Assembly: GCA_977017645.1 (NCBI GenBank)
Contig: OZ360221.1
Coordinates: forward strand, 80,166,001-80,230,000
Reading direction: 5' to 3'
Length of the DNA: 64,000 bases
From: Torpedo marmorata
Lineage: Eukaryota
Shown: positions 34,791 through 46,929 of the stretch, piece by piece
Position numbering within the stretch: position 1 is the first letter of the stretch
Layout of the letters: every line of letters starts with the position of its first letter
The notes under the pieces: model-generated
Seen by the model: the letters and a program-made list of their open reading frames with translations, nothing else
The model's database searches: none
What the model was told of the DNA's origin: nothing
Made by a program: the position numbers and the translations under genes

Positions 34791-36984
34791 TTAGCCTCAC
34801 GACCTCATTAAAGGCCTCAGTAACCTTCATTGACATGGACCATTACACCTGATTAGCAAGGCTTCCATTATTTACAAATGAAATTGAGAAAATGTTGATG
34901 CAATTTGAACAAGTACAATTCCAACACAGCCTCATCATTTGCCCCAGAAAATTATTAATGATAATACTTTTTCAGTTTCTTATTCAAGAAAAATGAGAAA
35001 GTGAGCAAAGTACAAGTGTTTTTCTCTCCTCCTGTTCATTATTTTCCTTCTTTCGAGCAAATAACTCAAAATTAAAAATACAGAAATAAACTAATGAAAG
35101 AAAAATAGCTAACGCTTAGAACAAATTTGAAATACGAATTCTGTTACAAATTAAATGAGGGCCTCAGTCTAGTTGTGATGTGTCAGGTAAAATCAATTAT
35201 TTTTTTAAAGAAGAAATTGGCAGGTCAACAAGAAAATCCATGTGCTGGTTGAACGATTATTCTCCTCAAAGTAAAAATATTTTGACGGGATAAAAATGAC
35301 TGCAATATGCCAACACATTCCACTTTATTTTACTAATTGTTTTCAATATTTCTTTTCAAGTTTCATGTACTTGACATGTTAACTACTGGGAAAATATCAG
35401 AAATATTTCTATAAATAAGAAAGTTTCTACCAGGCACATCACTGAAAGTAAATCACATCTATCAACCATGCTATTAAAAAAGGTATGTCTATACACACTT
35501 CCTGTCATGTGGCTATAATATTATTGATTACTGCTATATTATTTGAACCCAATAAGAAACAAGAGGTAGAGTGTACAAAATAAATCAAGCAAAATGACTA
35601 TAAAATTAATAGCGAGAAACTACTAATGAGCTATAGAAACAACAATCCTGATTAACTAGCTGATGAAAGCACAGGTATGCTAAATTGTTCAAAACATTTG
35701 AAAAAAAAGCTTTCCAATGCCTGTGATTTCTGACAGATAATGGAATAGTTCTCCAACATAATGAATACAGAAAATTGCTCATTTCACTGAGACAATTCAG
35801 TGTACAATGTGGCCTTTTATTAGCTTGAATGAAAAGTTTGTCTTCAGCCTTCATCAGTATCTGCATTTTGCTTCTCAAAATAACATGCAAGAAAAGGCCA
35901 GGGGATGAATTCCAAAAGCTTCATGAAAGCAAAACGAATTATGGGTAAAACCGAGTGTGTGGGCCCATGCAAAAAAAGAGAAAGAAATGCAGAAACCCCT
36001 CCTCTAGCGTTTTTCCTCCTTTATTTACATAACATTGCTCCCTTTTACCTTAGTCTCAATAAAGGGTGCCCACCCAAACAGTTGACCATTTCTACCCATG
36101 GATGATGCCTGACCTGCTGAATTCCCCCAGGAGCTCATTGTTTCCCTAAATTGCTCCAAGTTTGCTCTAAATTCTCAGCTATTAAAGACAATAATGTGAG
36201 GGGCACCTCCCATCACTCAAACAGCTTTGGATTTCCTCCTCCTCCGTGGTCCCAGATCCAGGGGTCAGAACAAGACAACCTGAAAGAGCGATTACTATAT
36301 ACATTCATATTTATTTTCTATGGACAAAAGAAGTCTGGGAAGCAGAGCATCTGTCTCATAAAAGCAGGCCACAACCCAGTTAAGCCCTGGGAATGATTTG
36401 ACTGTGCTACCATACCCCAGGCATTTGCCAAATTTTATTTCAAATCCAACTGCCTTTGTAGTGCATTGATGCGTCTCAAAATTATGTTGCAGTGCTCCTT
36501 AAGTTCATAGTTATTCGACAAAAGGAACAAAACCTCCTGTCTCTACCTTCCAATGAGATGAATAGACATTTTTTTAGTGTTTATAATCTCCATTAACATT
36601 ATAAATCCTATGTCTGTACGCACTTCCTGCGAACATTTTCCACTAGAAATTCTTTTTTCCTCCCTAAATTGGCTGAGGGGTTTGTATCTCTCCCATGAGA
36701 TTATACAAGTGCTAGTGGGAGGAAACACTGTGAACCTGACACGTTGTTGTAATGTGGCTGAAACAGTCTTTTCCTGCCTGGTTTTTTGCACATTAGTAAT
36801 TTTACAAATTATTATGTGCAGTTTTGTAACAGAAACTGCTGGTACCACCTTGACATCCAAGTGGAAATGTGAAGTGCCACCATTAACACAAGGGTGGAAT
36901 CAGATTGGCAGTTCTTTTCAGCACGTAGACAAATTAATAATGCAATTAGAGAGAATGTTTGATTGTAAACAATGTACTAAAATA

Positions 36985-37111
36985 TCCGATGAAGGGCCCA
37001 GGCCTGAAATGTTGGTTATATTCCTATACTGCTGCGTGACCTGCTGAGTTTTTTCAGCACGGTTGTGCACTGCACTCAACCTCAGCATCTGCAGAATTTG
37101 TTGTTTAACTA
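36985..37111 (+). mobile_element. Older Penelope-like tail copy
   Basis: CCGATGAAGGGCCCAGGCCTGAAATGTTGG...GACCTGCTGAGTT...GCATCTGCAGA. Confidence 0.7.
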
Positions 37112-38094
37112 CTGAAATACATTTGCACTTTGTGGTCCAAACAAGTAATGGCCTCTTCAATTAAATGGCCATATTTTATTTTATTTTTCCCACTATTTAA
37201 CATGTGTAAAATCACCTTGTCAGATTGAAAGTGCATCTGGCCCACATCCTGTACAGCTCTTCTTTCTTCCTATAATATTCCTAATTTCATGTTGTTAATA
37301 ACATCTTCATCATTAGATTACTGGAGTATTTCTCAACAAGTGATCCCCAAATCACTGGTATTCCATGGCTTTGTTGCAGGTGATTCATGGCAATGCAGCA
37401 AAGACAAATATCACTGATATAATAAACAAGTAATATGTAAAATAAGACTAAATTTGATGGCAAAAAAAACAAAAATTTCTCCAAAAAAAATTCCCACCAG
37501 TACAAATCTAAAATCCCATTGGTATCTTGGGAAGGGGCTCAATCTCGCCGACCCCACCCCACTGATGGTGCACGAGTTTGTTATAGGTGGTCAGTGAAAA
37601 ATAATATTTATGACATGACAACCATCAAAACAAAAATCAACAACCAGCCTTCCACCAGATGCCTTTCAGGTCTGATGGAGATCTGCATGAAACCACCATT
37701 TCTTCATTTGATCTCCATTGCTGCAGAGGCAACAGGCTTTTAACAGATGATGAAAATGAAACAAACTGTGCAAACCATCCGTTGCCATCTACATCTAGCT
37801 CTATTAATCATTTCAAGTGTTCATGAATTATTTTTGCATGAATGGATACACATTCACATAAATTTTAGTTTTCGTCATTCATCATGGTTGTTTCATGCCT
37901 TTTGCTCAGCAAATAACTCTCATTTGTGTGTAAAGTATCTGAAGGCACGGTTCATGTTCAGCATCTTCAGCATTCCCTGCATTTGCAGTTATTTCACATG
38001 TAATAAATTGGAGGGATACATACTACAGAGCCTACCTGGAACTTGAGCATTTTTCCACCTACAGTAAAGCTCATCAACTTTGTTAGTATTTTCT

Positions 38095-38400
38095 AATTAC
38101 CTTATTTATCAGCACTTGGTCCATAGCCTATTATGCCTTGTGACTCAAGGGCTAGTCCAGATGCTTCTAACACTTTGTGAGAGTAGCTGCCTCCAACTTA
38201 TCAGACAGGGAAATCCAGGCCTCAAGAACCCTCTGGGTGATAATATTCTTCCTCAGATTTCCTCTTTGCTTTTTGTTCTTCACCTTAAGCCCGCATCTGA
38301 GCATGGGGAAAAATTTCTTATGATCTACCCTGCCAACAGCTCTCACAATTTTGTGGTGCATCAGGTTCCCCCTCAGCCTTCTACAAGAAAAACAAGCCCA
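38095..38400 (-). mobile_element. Old CR1 3' fragment
   Basis: RRLRGNL...TQRVLEAW on the minus strand. Confidence 0.65.
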
Positions 38401-39164
38401 GCCAGAGAAATGGTGATATTTAACCAATTGCTGGTGGTGGGATTCCGGCCATGCAGTCCTTTACCTCCAATGTGATTAAACCTGTTCATATGCAAGATGC
38501 TATCATAACTTGGGGATTGGCTGAGGATAAAAATACATTTTTACATAAATGCACAGGAAAAAGTACCAAAACATTTTCAAAAATGATCAGAAGTGCAAGG
38601 TTGTGTCAGTCAGGAGTGAATGAACAAAACAGTTTTTCTTCTCTCCTGAAAACCAAAGGCTTGTGAATTATGAAAGTTCTTACAGAATAGAATTTGGCTT
38701 GTGGGAGAAACAAATCAATAGTCATCAATAAAAGTGGAGATCAAGAATTACCAGATCTGCAATCCAGAGTCCTGGATTTAGGATATAGATCTACAAATCC
38801 TCCCAAAGCAACTGGGGAATTTAAACTCAGCCAAAACAAAAAAGCCATCATCAGCAACAATGACCAGATGAGTACTAAACTGTAAAAAAAAAAATTGTTT
38901 ACTAATACTGATATTAGAGAAATCTGCAATCCTTAAGTCAGGTAGTTGGAACTTGTCATTGTAGTCTAAATAATAGTAAGCAATAAAAAAAAAGGTGAAA
39001 TTGAACTAATTTGGAAGCAGAAGTTGGTTTGTGGCTAAATAACTTTTGTGTGTAGCATGGCAGTGGTGTGATTATGGCGCCGTTTTATTTTTAAACGCTC
39101 ATGTTAGTAGTCTCCCAGTGCATGCTCATGAAAACAGGCCTTTGACAAATATCCTTATTGGGAT

Positions 39165-39409
39165 TGTGGTAAACCACTGTCTGTGTATATTATGTACTGC
39201 TGTCTGTCCCGGCGACTCCTCTCCCCTCCTTTGGGTGTCCAGGTAATCCCTCCCCTTTTCTCACCCGAATAAAGGCTTGTGTGCCACGGCTCCGCCCACA
39301 GTCCGGGATAGATCTGCAGGTCCACTGTTGGTCTGTTTTTATGTCTATTAAAGCCCATGGTTCGTTAACCCTCTCATAGTCTCTTGAGTGCTAATTGATA
39401 GGCATATCA
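39165..39409 (+). repeat. 5' LTR
   Basis: TGTGGT...ATATCA, repeated at 43651-43895. Confidence 0.97.
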
Positions 39410-39410
39410 A

Positions 39411-39430
39411 TTTAATAGACATAAGAAAAG
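39411..39430 (+). other. Putative self-priming PBS complementary to LTR 39333-39352
   Basis: TTTAATAGACATAA is the exact reverse complement of TTATGTCTATTAAA in the LTR; no TGG tRNA-type PBS follows the LTR. Confidence 0.7.
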
Positions 39431-39432
39431 TT

Positions 39433-42400
39433 ATGGAAGGCGCCCTCCGACCGGACCGACTGGACATCGACCCTTTCGCTCCTGATGCTGGCCATGCATT
39501 CGAACACTGGCTACGCTGCCTCCGATCGTTCTCAAAAGAGGTCAAGGCCGAAAGCGACGAGCAGAAACTAGAGGTCCTCGTATCCAGGGTAAGCCCTCGG
39601 TTGTATTCGACCATCTGGAAATGCGGAACGTACGACGAGGCGATGGAGGCACTGAGAAAGATCTATGTGACCCCTGTTAATGAGGTCTACGCAAGGTACA
39701 GACTATCGTTGCGAAAACAGCGGGCCGGGGAGTCAATAGTGGACTTTGTCAGGGACATCCAGTCCCTAGTGCGAGCGTGCGCCTGTAAAGCGCTGACCGA
39801 AGAACAACATGTTGATCTGCTGGAGAGGGACACCTTTATTATGGGGATGAGGTCGGTATACGTACGCCAGCGGCTGCTGGAGCACTCCGACCTCGATCTC
39901 CGTTCTGCGGTGGCGATGGCTCGCACGCTGGAGTCCACGCTGCAGAACTCCGACGCGATGCAGACGCGGGATCCCCAGCCTAATGCGTGGATCGCCCCGT
40001 CCCCCAGCCCCACCGATCCAACTGTGGCCGCTGTGGCCCGCGACCCGATTGTTGCCGCCGCTACCCGCGACCCGACCGCTACCGACGCTACTCTCACCGC
40101 CGCAGCTGTTAATCGCGAGCCCGAGAAGTGCTACTTCTGCGGGCTCGACAAGCATACGATGAAACGCTGCCCGGCCCGCGACGCGACTTGTTCCAACAGC
40201 GGCAAGAAAGGCCACTACGCGAAGGCCTGCTGCTCCAAGCCGCGCGCGGGCCCGATTAGTGCCGCGTGCGAGAGATGGGAGCGGCCATCTTGCAGACTGG
40301 CACTTCCGGCGCCGACCGCGTGTGAGGAGTGGAAGCGGCCATCTTTCATGCTGGCACTTCCGGCGCCGCCATCTCAGAGCAGTACCTCGTTACTTCCTGC
40401 ACTTCCGGTGCCGCCATTTTGTACAGAGACCTCCAGCGACACGTGCAACCCACGGGAGCGGCCATTTTTAAAGACCTCGGACCAAGACGACTTCTCCCCA
40501 ACTTTGGCATCCGTCACCCTCGACCACCCACGGGAGCGGCCATCTTTAATGACCTCGGACCAAGACGACCTCACCCCAACTTTGGCATCCGTCACCCTCG
40601 ACCAGAACGTTCCCCACCAGCTGACAAGATCCATGATGGACATACTGGTCGAGGGACACAAGATAACGTGCTTATTCGACACTGGCAGCACTGAGAGCTT
40701 TATCCACCCGGATACTGTTCAACGCTGTGGCCTAACGATCGTACCGGTAAGCCAGAGGGTGGCCATGGCGTCGGGGTCCCACACAACAGACATCCGGGGG
40801 GCGTGTGTGGCGAACATTGTGGTACAAGGGACAGAGTACCGGCAATTTTCCTTGCTTGTCATGAACCGTTTGTGTGCGCCGGTATTACTGGGTTTGGATT
40901 TTCAGAGCCATTTGCAGAGTGTTACAATGTGGTATGACGGTCCTCTCCCCGCGATCACTGTGGCCAACCACCAATTTCTGGATAGCACGCCCGAAACCAC
41001 CTGTGGTCTCTCCACCCTTAAGATCTCGCCTCCGTCGTTGTTTGCGAACCTGACCCCGGACTGTAGGCCTGTGGCAACTAAAAGCAGGCGTTACAGTGCC
41101 GAGGACAGAGCATTTATCAAGACGGAGGTACAGAGATTGCTACAGGAAGGGATTATAGAGAAGAGTAATAGTCCCTGGAGAGCCCAGGTGCTTGTAGTAA
41201 AAGGGGCCAAGAGCAGAATGGTGGTGGACTACAGCCAAACCATTAACAGGTTTACGCTACTAGACGCATACCCGCTACAACGGATAGCGGAGATGGTGAA
41301 CCAAATTGCCCAATACCGGCTCTTCTCCACCATCGACTTGAAATCGGCATATCACCAGCTCCCTATCCGTCGGGAGGACCGTTCATACACCGCGTTCGAG
41401 GCAGATGGCAGGCTGTTCCAATTCCTGCGCCTTCCGTTTGGTGTTACTAATGGTGTTTCTGTTTTTCAGCGGGAGATGGACAGGATTGTGGACCATTACA
41501 AACTTAAAGCTACTTTCCCATATCTTGACGACATTACCATCTGTGGTTATGATCGTCAGGACCATGACAACAACCTCCGGAGGTTCCTGCAGGCAGCCAA
41601 AGCTCTAAACCTCACGTATAACAAAGAAAAATGCGTGTTTGGTACCACTCGCCTCGCTATTTTGGGGTATGTGGTCGAGAACGGGGTAATTGGACCAGAC
41701 CCCAAACGCATGCGGCCCCTGCTGGAACTTCCGCTCCCCACCAATCCCAGAGCCCTTAAACGATGCCTCGGGTTCTTTTCCTATTATGCCCAATGGGTCC
41801 CAAATTATGCGGATAAGTCCCGACCCCTTGTGAAATCCACTGCATTTCCCCTTGCTTCGGAGGCACGTAAGGCGTTCGACCTTATAAAAGGGGACATTGC
41901 GCGAGCAACAATGCACGCAGTGGATGAGGAGACACCTTTCCAGGTGGAGAGTGACGCATCGGACTTCGCGTTGGCTGCTACCCTCAACCAGGCGGGAAGG
42001 CCGGTGGCATTTTTCTCTCGAACCCTCCAGGGCCCCGAAATTCGGCACTCAGCGGTGGAGAAGGAAGCCCAGGCCATAGTGGAAGCCATCAGGCATTGGA
42101 GGCACTATCTCGCCGGTAAGCATTTTACCCTGCTGACAGATCAACGCTCTGTGGCATTCATGTTCAACAATCAGCAGCGGGGTAAGATCAAAATTGACAA
42201 GATCATGAGGTGGAGAATAGAGCTCTCCACCTACAATTACGACATCATGTACCGGCCCGGGAAGCTCAATGAGCCCTCCGATGCTCTATCCCGTGGATCG
42301 TGCGCCAGCGCGCAGATCGACCGATTACACACCATACATGACGACCTATGCCACCCAGGAATTACCAGGCTCTTTCACCTCGTGAAGTCACAGAACCTGC

Positions 42401-43564
42401 CATACTCCCTGGAAGAGGTCAGGACAATGATCAGCAGTTGCCGGGTTTGCGCGGAGTGCAAACCCCAGTTCTACCGCCCCGACAAGGCACAGCTGATCAA
42501 AGCCACTCGCCCCTTTGAACGTCTCAGCTTTGACTTCAAGGGGCCCCTTCCTTCCACGAACCGCAATGTGTACTTTCTGAACATTATTGACGAGTACTCG
42601 CGGTTCCCCTTCGCCATTCCCTGCCCCGACACTTCGGCTGCCTCAACCATAAAAGCTCTTCGCCAGGTATTTACGCTGTTCGGCTTCCCGAACTACATTC
42701 ATAGCGACCAGGGATCAGCTTTTATGAGTGAGGAGCTGCGCCAGTACCTGCTGACCCGGGGCATCGCCACTAGTAGGACCACCACATACAACCCCCGAGG
42801 TAATGGACAGGTGGAAAGGGAGAACACCACTGTCTGGAAGGCGGCGCTCCTGGCTCTCAAGTCCAGGGGACTGCCGGTTTCCCGCTGGCAAGATGTTCTC
42901 CCCGAAGCCCTCCATTCGATACGGTCCTTACTGTGCACAGCCACCAATGTAACGCCTCATGAGAGATTTTTCTCCTTCTCCAGGAGGTCGAACACCGGAA
43001 CCGCCCTGCCTGCCTGGCTGACGTCTCCGGGGCCGGTGCTGCTCCGCAACCACCTCCGGAGCAGCAAATATGAGCCCGCGGTCCAGAGGGTGCAGTTAGC
43101 GCACGCTAACCCGCAGTACGCCTACGTAGTAAAAAACACAAAAGCTGGAGAACTCAGCAGGTCAAACAGTGTCTTTTATGTAGCAAAGGTAGAAATACAT
43201 AACCGACGTTTCGGGCTTGAGCCCTTCATCAAAGTACGCCTACGTGGTCTTCCCGGATGGGAGAGAGGACACGGTCTCAATTCGGGACCTGGCGCCCGCG
43301 GGAGCGCCGGAGGAACCTCTCGACGGGCAAGACCACTCGCTGCGGCCCCTCCCTATTCCCTCTTCTACAACGTCAGACCAGGCACCCTCGATGGAACCCA
43401 CAATCCTGCCATCTCACCCAGCACCACAGGAGGAGGCGACGGCCTTGCCATCTTACCCTGCACCACAACCCGCACCCAGGGTACCCCCTGCACCACAACC
43501 TGCACCCAGGGTACTGCGCAGGTCACAAAGGCGAGCCAAACCACCGGATCGCCTTGACCTGTAA
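39433..43564 (+). CDS. Gag-PR-RT-RH-IN polyprotein; native C-terminus frameshifted by the insertion at 43128
   Basis: ATG at 39433; CYFC...H...CPARDATCSNSGKKGHYAKAC, LFDTGS, IDLKSAYHQ, YLDD, ESDASD, HDDLCH...CRVC, DFKG/HSDQG/ERE. Native end YAYVVFPDGREDTVSIRDLAP...PPDRLDL* lies in another frame. Confidence 0.9.
43128..43232 (-). mobile_element. 105-bp Penelope-tail mini-insertion with hammerhead-like motif
   Basis: 13-bp TSD AGTACGCCTACGT (43115-43127 / 43233-43245); minus strand TTGATGAAGGGCTCAAGCCCGAAACGTCGG...GTGTTTTTTACT. Confidence 0.92.
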
Positions 43565-43650
43565 AATATGACTGTAAATATTTTGAATTCCTGTAGTGAT
43601 TGTATTGTGGCCACTTCATCCCGCTGGACTCTTTTAAAAGGAGGGGTGAA

Positions 43651-43895
43651 TGTGGTAAACCACTGTTTGTGTATATTATGTACTGCTGTCTGTCCCAGCG
43701 ACTCCTCTCCCCTCCTTTGGGTGTCCAGGTAATCTCTCCCCTTTTCTCACCCGAATAAAGGCTTGTGTGCCACGGCTCCGCCCACAGTCCGGGATAGATC
43801 TGCAGGTCCACTGTAGGTCTGTTTTTATGTCTATTAAAGCCTATGGTTCGTTAACCCTCTCATAGTCTCTTGAGTGCTAATTGATAGGCATATCA
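43651..43895 (+). repeat. 3' LTR
   Basis: About 98% identical to the 5' LTR. Confidence 0.97.
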
Positions 43896-44021
43896 GGGAT
43901 GCAATTAAATACCGGTAGATTTCTTTCTCCCTTTGGTTTCCTTAAGACTGGCCACAACCAGCTTGGATTGTGGTTGTATTATTCAACCACGCTTGGTCAT
44001 AAGCAATGAAGTCTCTCATTT

Positions 44022-44110
44022 AGTAAAAACACAATGCTGGAGAAACTCAGCTGGTCAAACAGTGTACTTTAGAAAGTAAAGATAAAGATACATAACCAAC
44101 ATTTCGGCCT
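44022..44110 (-). mobile_element. Penelope-like tail fragment
   Basis: AGTAAAAACACAATGCTGGAGAAACTCAGC. Confidence 0.8.
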
Positions 44111-44224
44111 CTGTGAACTCTCTCAGTTAGTTTATTTAATGCTCTAATCAAAGTAAGAACCAACAATGGAGTGTCAAATCATTGCTGTCTGAAATTGTAG
44201 GCTGCAGTCCCAGCCAATGACTTC

Positions 44225-45540
44225 ATAATGAGTTTGAGGAAGTGACAAGCAGGCTGGATAAGGGAGATGCAGTGGATGTTGAGTGTTTGGATTTTCAGAA
44301 GGCATTAAACAAGGTGCCGCACGTGAGGCTAGTTAACAAGATAGGAGCCCATGTACTGGAGGAAACATACTAGCGTGGGTAGAGCATTAGCTGATTGGTA
44401 GGAAGCAGAGAGTTGGAATACAAATATCATATTCGGATTGGCTGCCAGTTGCTAGTGGTGTTCCACAGGGGCCACTTCTTTTTATGTTCTATATTAACGA
44501 TTTCTATTATGGAATGAATGGCTTTGTGGCCAAATTTGCAGATGATACAAAGGTAGGTGGAGGAGCAAATAGTATTGAGGAAACACCAAGGCTGCAGAAG
44601 GATTTAGATAGATTAGGAGAATGGGCAGAGAAGCGGCAAATGAAATATAATGTCGGAAAGTAGATGGTCATGTACTTTGGTAGAAAAAAGATAAACGGGC
44701 AGACTATTTTCTAAATGAGGAGAAAATTGAAAATACGCAGATGCAAAAGGACCTGGGAGTCTTCGTGCAGGATAGCCTGAAGGTAAAGTTGCATGTTGAG
44801 TTGGTGGTGAAGGCGGCAAATGCAATGCTGGCATTCATTTCAAGAGGAATAGAATGCAATAGCAGGGATGTGATGTTGAGAATTTATGAGACTTTCAGCA
44901 GGTCCAGCATTTCTCCAGCATTGTGTTTTACTTCAATCATGGTGTCTGCAGACTTTCATGTTTTACTCCAGGCACTGGTGAGGCCTCACTTGAAGTACTG
45001 TGAGCAGTTTTGGGCTCCTCATTTAAGATGTGATGATGTTGGAGAGAGTTCTTAGGAGGTTCACAAGGAGGATTCTGGGAATGAAAGGGTTATCATATGA
45101 GGAGCGTTTGACAGCTCTTGGCCTGTATTCAGGAGAATTTAGGAGAATGAGGGGGGATCTCATTGAAACGTTTCGAATGTTGTAAGGTATGGACAGAGTA
45201 GATGTAGAAAGGTTGTCTCCCATGGTGGGAGAGTCTAGGACAAAAGGGCACAACTTCGGGATTGAAGGGTGTTTGCTTAGAACAGAAATGTGCAGGAATT
45301 TCTTCAGCCAGAGGGTGATGAATCTGTGGAATATGTTGCCACAGGCAGTTGTGGAGGCCAGGTCTTTGGGTGTATTTAAGACAGAGATTAATAGGTTCTT
45401 GATTAGCCAGGGCATCAAAGGTTATGGCGAGAAGGCTAGGCAGTGGGGCTGCGTGGGAAAATGGATCAGCTCATGATTAAATAGCGGGGCAGCCTCGATG
45501 GGCTGAATAGTCTATTTCTGCTTCTATGTCTTATGGTGTT
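44225..45540 (+). mobile_element. CR1 fragment containing a Penelope tail (~44890-44970)
   Basis: LDFQKA, FADDTK, QKDLGV, LVRPHL, FFSQRVMNLWN; TCTTATG tail. Confidence 0.88.
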
Positions 45541-46929
45541 ATTCACTCATTCATATGATATGTACACTGCTGGCAATACTGCTAGTTTACTCCCCTATTT
45601 TGAAGGATTCCAGGAAAGTCTTCCCAGCCTCACATGTGAACTGACTCTAAATTTTTTATGAGGAGTATGAAACACAAATAATTGATTCTGTTGCAATGGC
45701 TTCAGAAGCACTTTAAATAAAATAAAACTTATTGGTGCAGTAAACCACTAGCATTTTCTGTTTTAATTTTGGCTTCAGAAGCATGTTGATGAACCCACTC
45801 ATCCACCCATGCGGGAGACTATTTTCAAATTCCTTCCAAACATATTTAACAACCGTGCCACTGTGAAAAAGGTTGCTTAAATCAGTTATTTAACAAGTGA
45901 GCTGGGATTGAAAGCACAAAAAAAAATTACTCAAATTGCTCCAAAAAAAATGGCAGTAAGCACCCTTTTCCCCCACCAATGAACACACGTAGTCCTTCCT
46001 GGTCATGAATATACATCCGTAATAGTGTGGGGAACTCTAGAATTTCGATTCAGCGTAGTAAGGTGAGGAAAGCTACAGTTCTGGATAGATGCAGATATTA
46101 AAGCTTTATTGCCAAGCTTGGCTTAGCAGGAAGGCTTTTGCATCATACTGCTGTGTAGATAAAGCAAATGGTGTTTAGATTTAACTTGAACAAAAGTTTC
46201 AAATTTCCCCTCTTCCTTCTTCCCACCTCCAATAAAATCAAATAAAAATATGGAATCCAAATGACAAACAGAAATGTAATTTACCGGTAAATATTTTTAG
46301 AATTAAAACAGAATATGACTTGCTTACTGCTTGGTTACTGTATCCCTAATTAGCTAAAGGAAAAACATTAATTCAACCAGGAAGATGTCAATTTATCAAT
46401 AGCTGAAAACAGCAACAGATGTCAATTTGGTAGTCACAATCCTGATTCAATGTGCACAGAACCTGAAGCATGACATCTTGGGTTGAAGAACATAATTAAG
46501 AAAACTAGATTATATTTTAATTGCTTTAACAACCTCAATTACCAAAAGTAAACATTAATAATGCAATATTATGACAATTTTTAATTGCACATTAAACATA
46601 CTTTCCTTATCTCAATTAAAAATGAAAAGAAAATTCATGTGGATACATTTTCATCATTTTTTGGAACCTAATAACATTGTTCCACCTTGAAAATTCAAAA
46701 GGAATTTTGCATATGCTCCTAAACTAGGTTAACATGGATGTCTTCAATGAAATATCCAAATAGAAGAAGTTTTTTTTCCTCCCTGAACAGCTACCAAGTT
46801 CAGTCCTTGGCAATATCTTTAACCTGAAATAACCAACAAAATGGGGTCACGTGATGCGGAGCAGCTAGAAGGACGTGGATTCTTGGGCTCTCCATTTAAA
46901 GTTGATTTAAAACGAGTTAAAATACCCAT

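Larger units (their letters stand above)
39165..43895 (+). mobile_element. Young full-length Gypsy LTR retrotransposon, single ORF, no tRNA PBS
   Basis: 245-bp LTRs with 5 differences, perfect 5-bp TSD GGGAT (39160-39164 / 43896-43900), PPT AAAAGGAGGGGTGAA at 43636-43650. Confidence 0.97.

Noticed and set aside
34800-39100. Short ORFs in the largely unique AT-rich stretch as host exons
   Set aside because: No motif similarity or coding-like composition. It may hold conserved non-coding elements, but that needs cross-species alignment.
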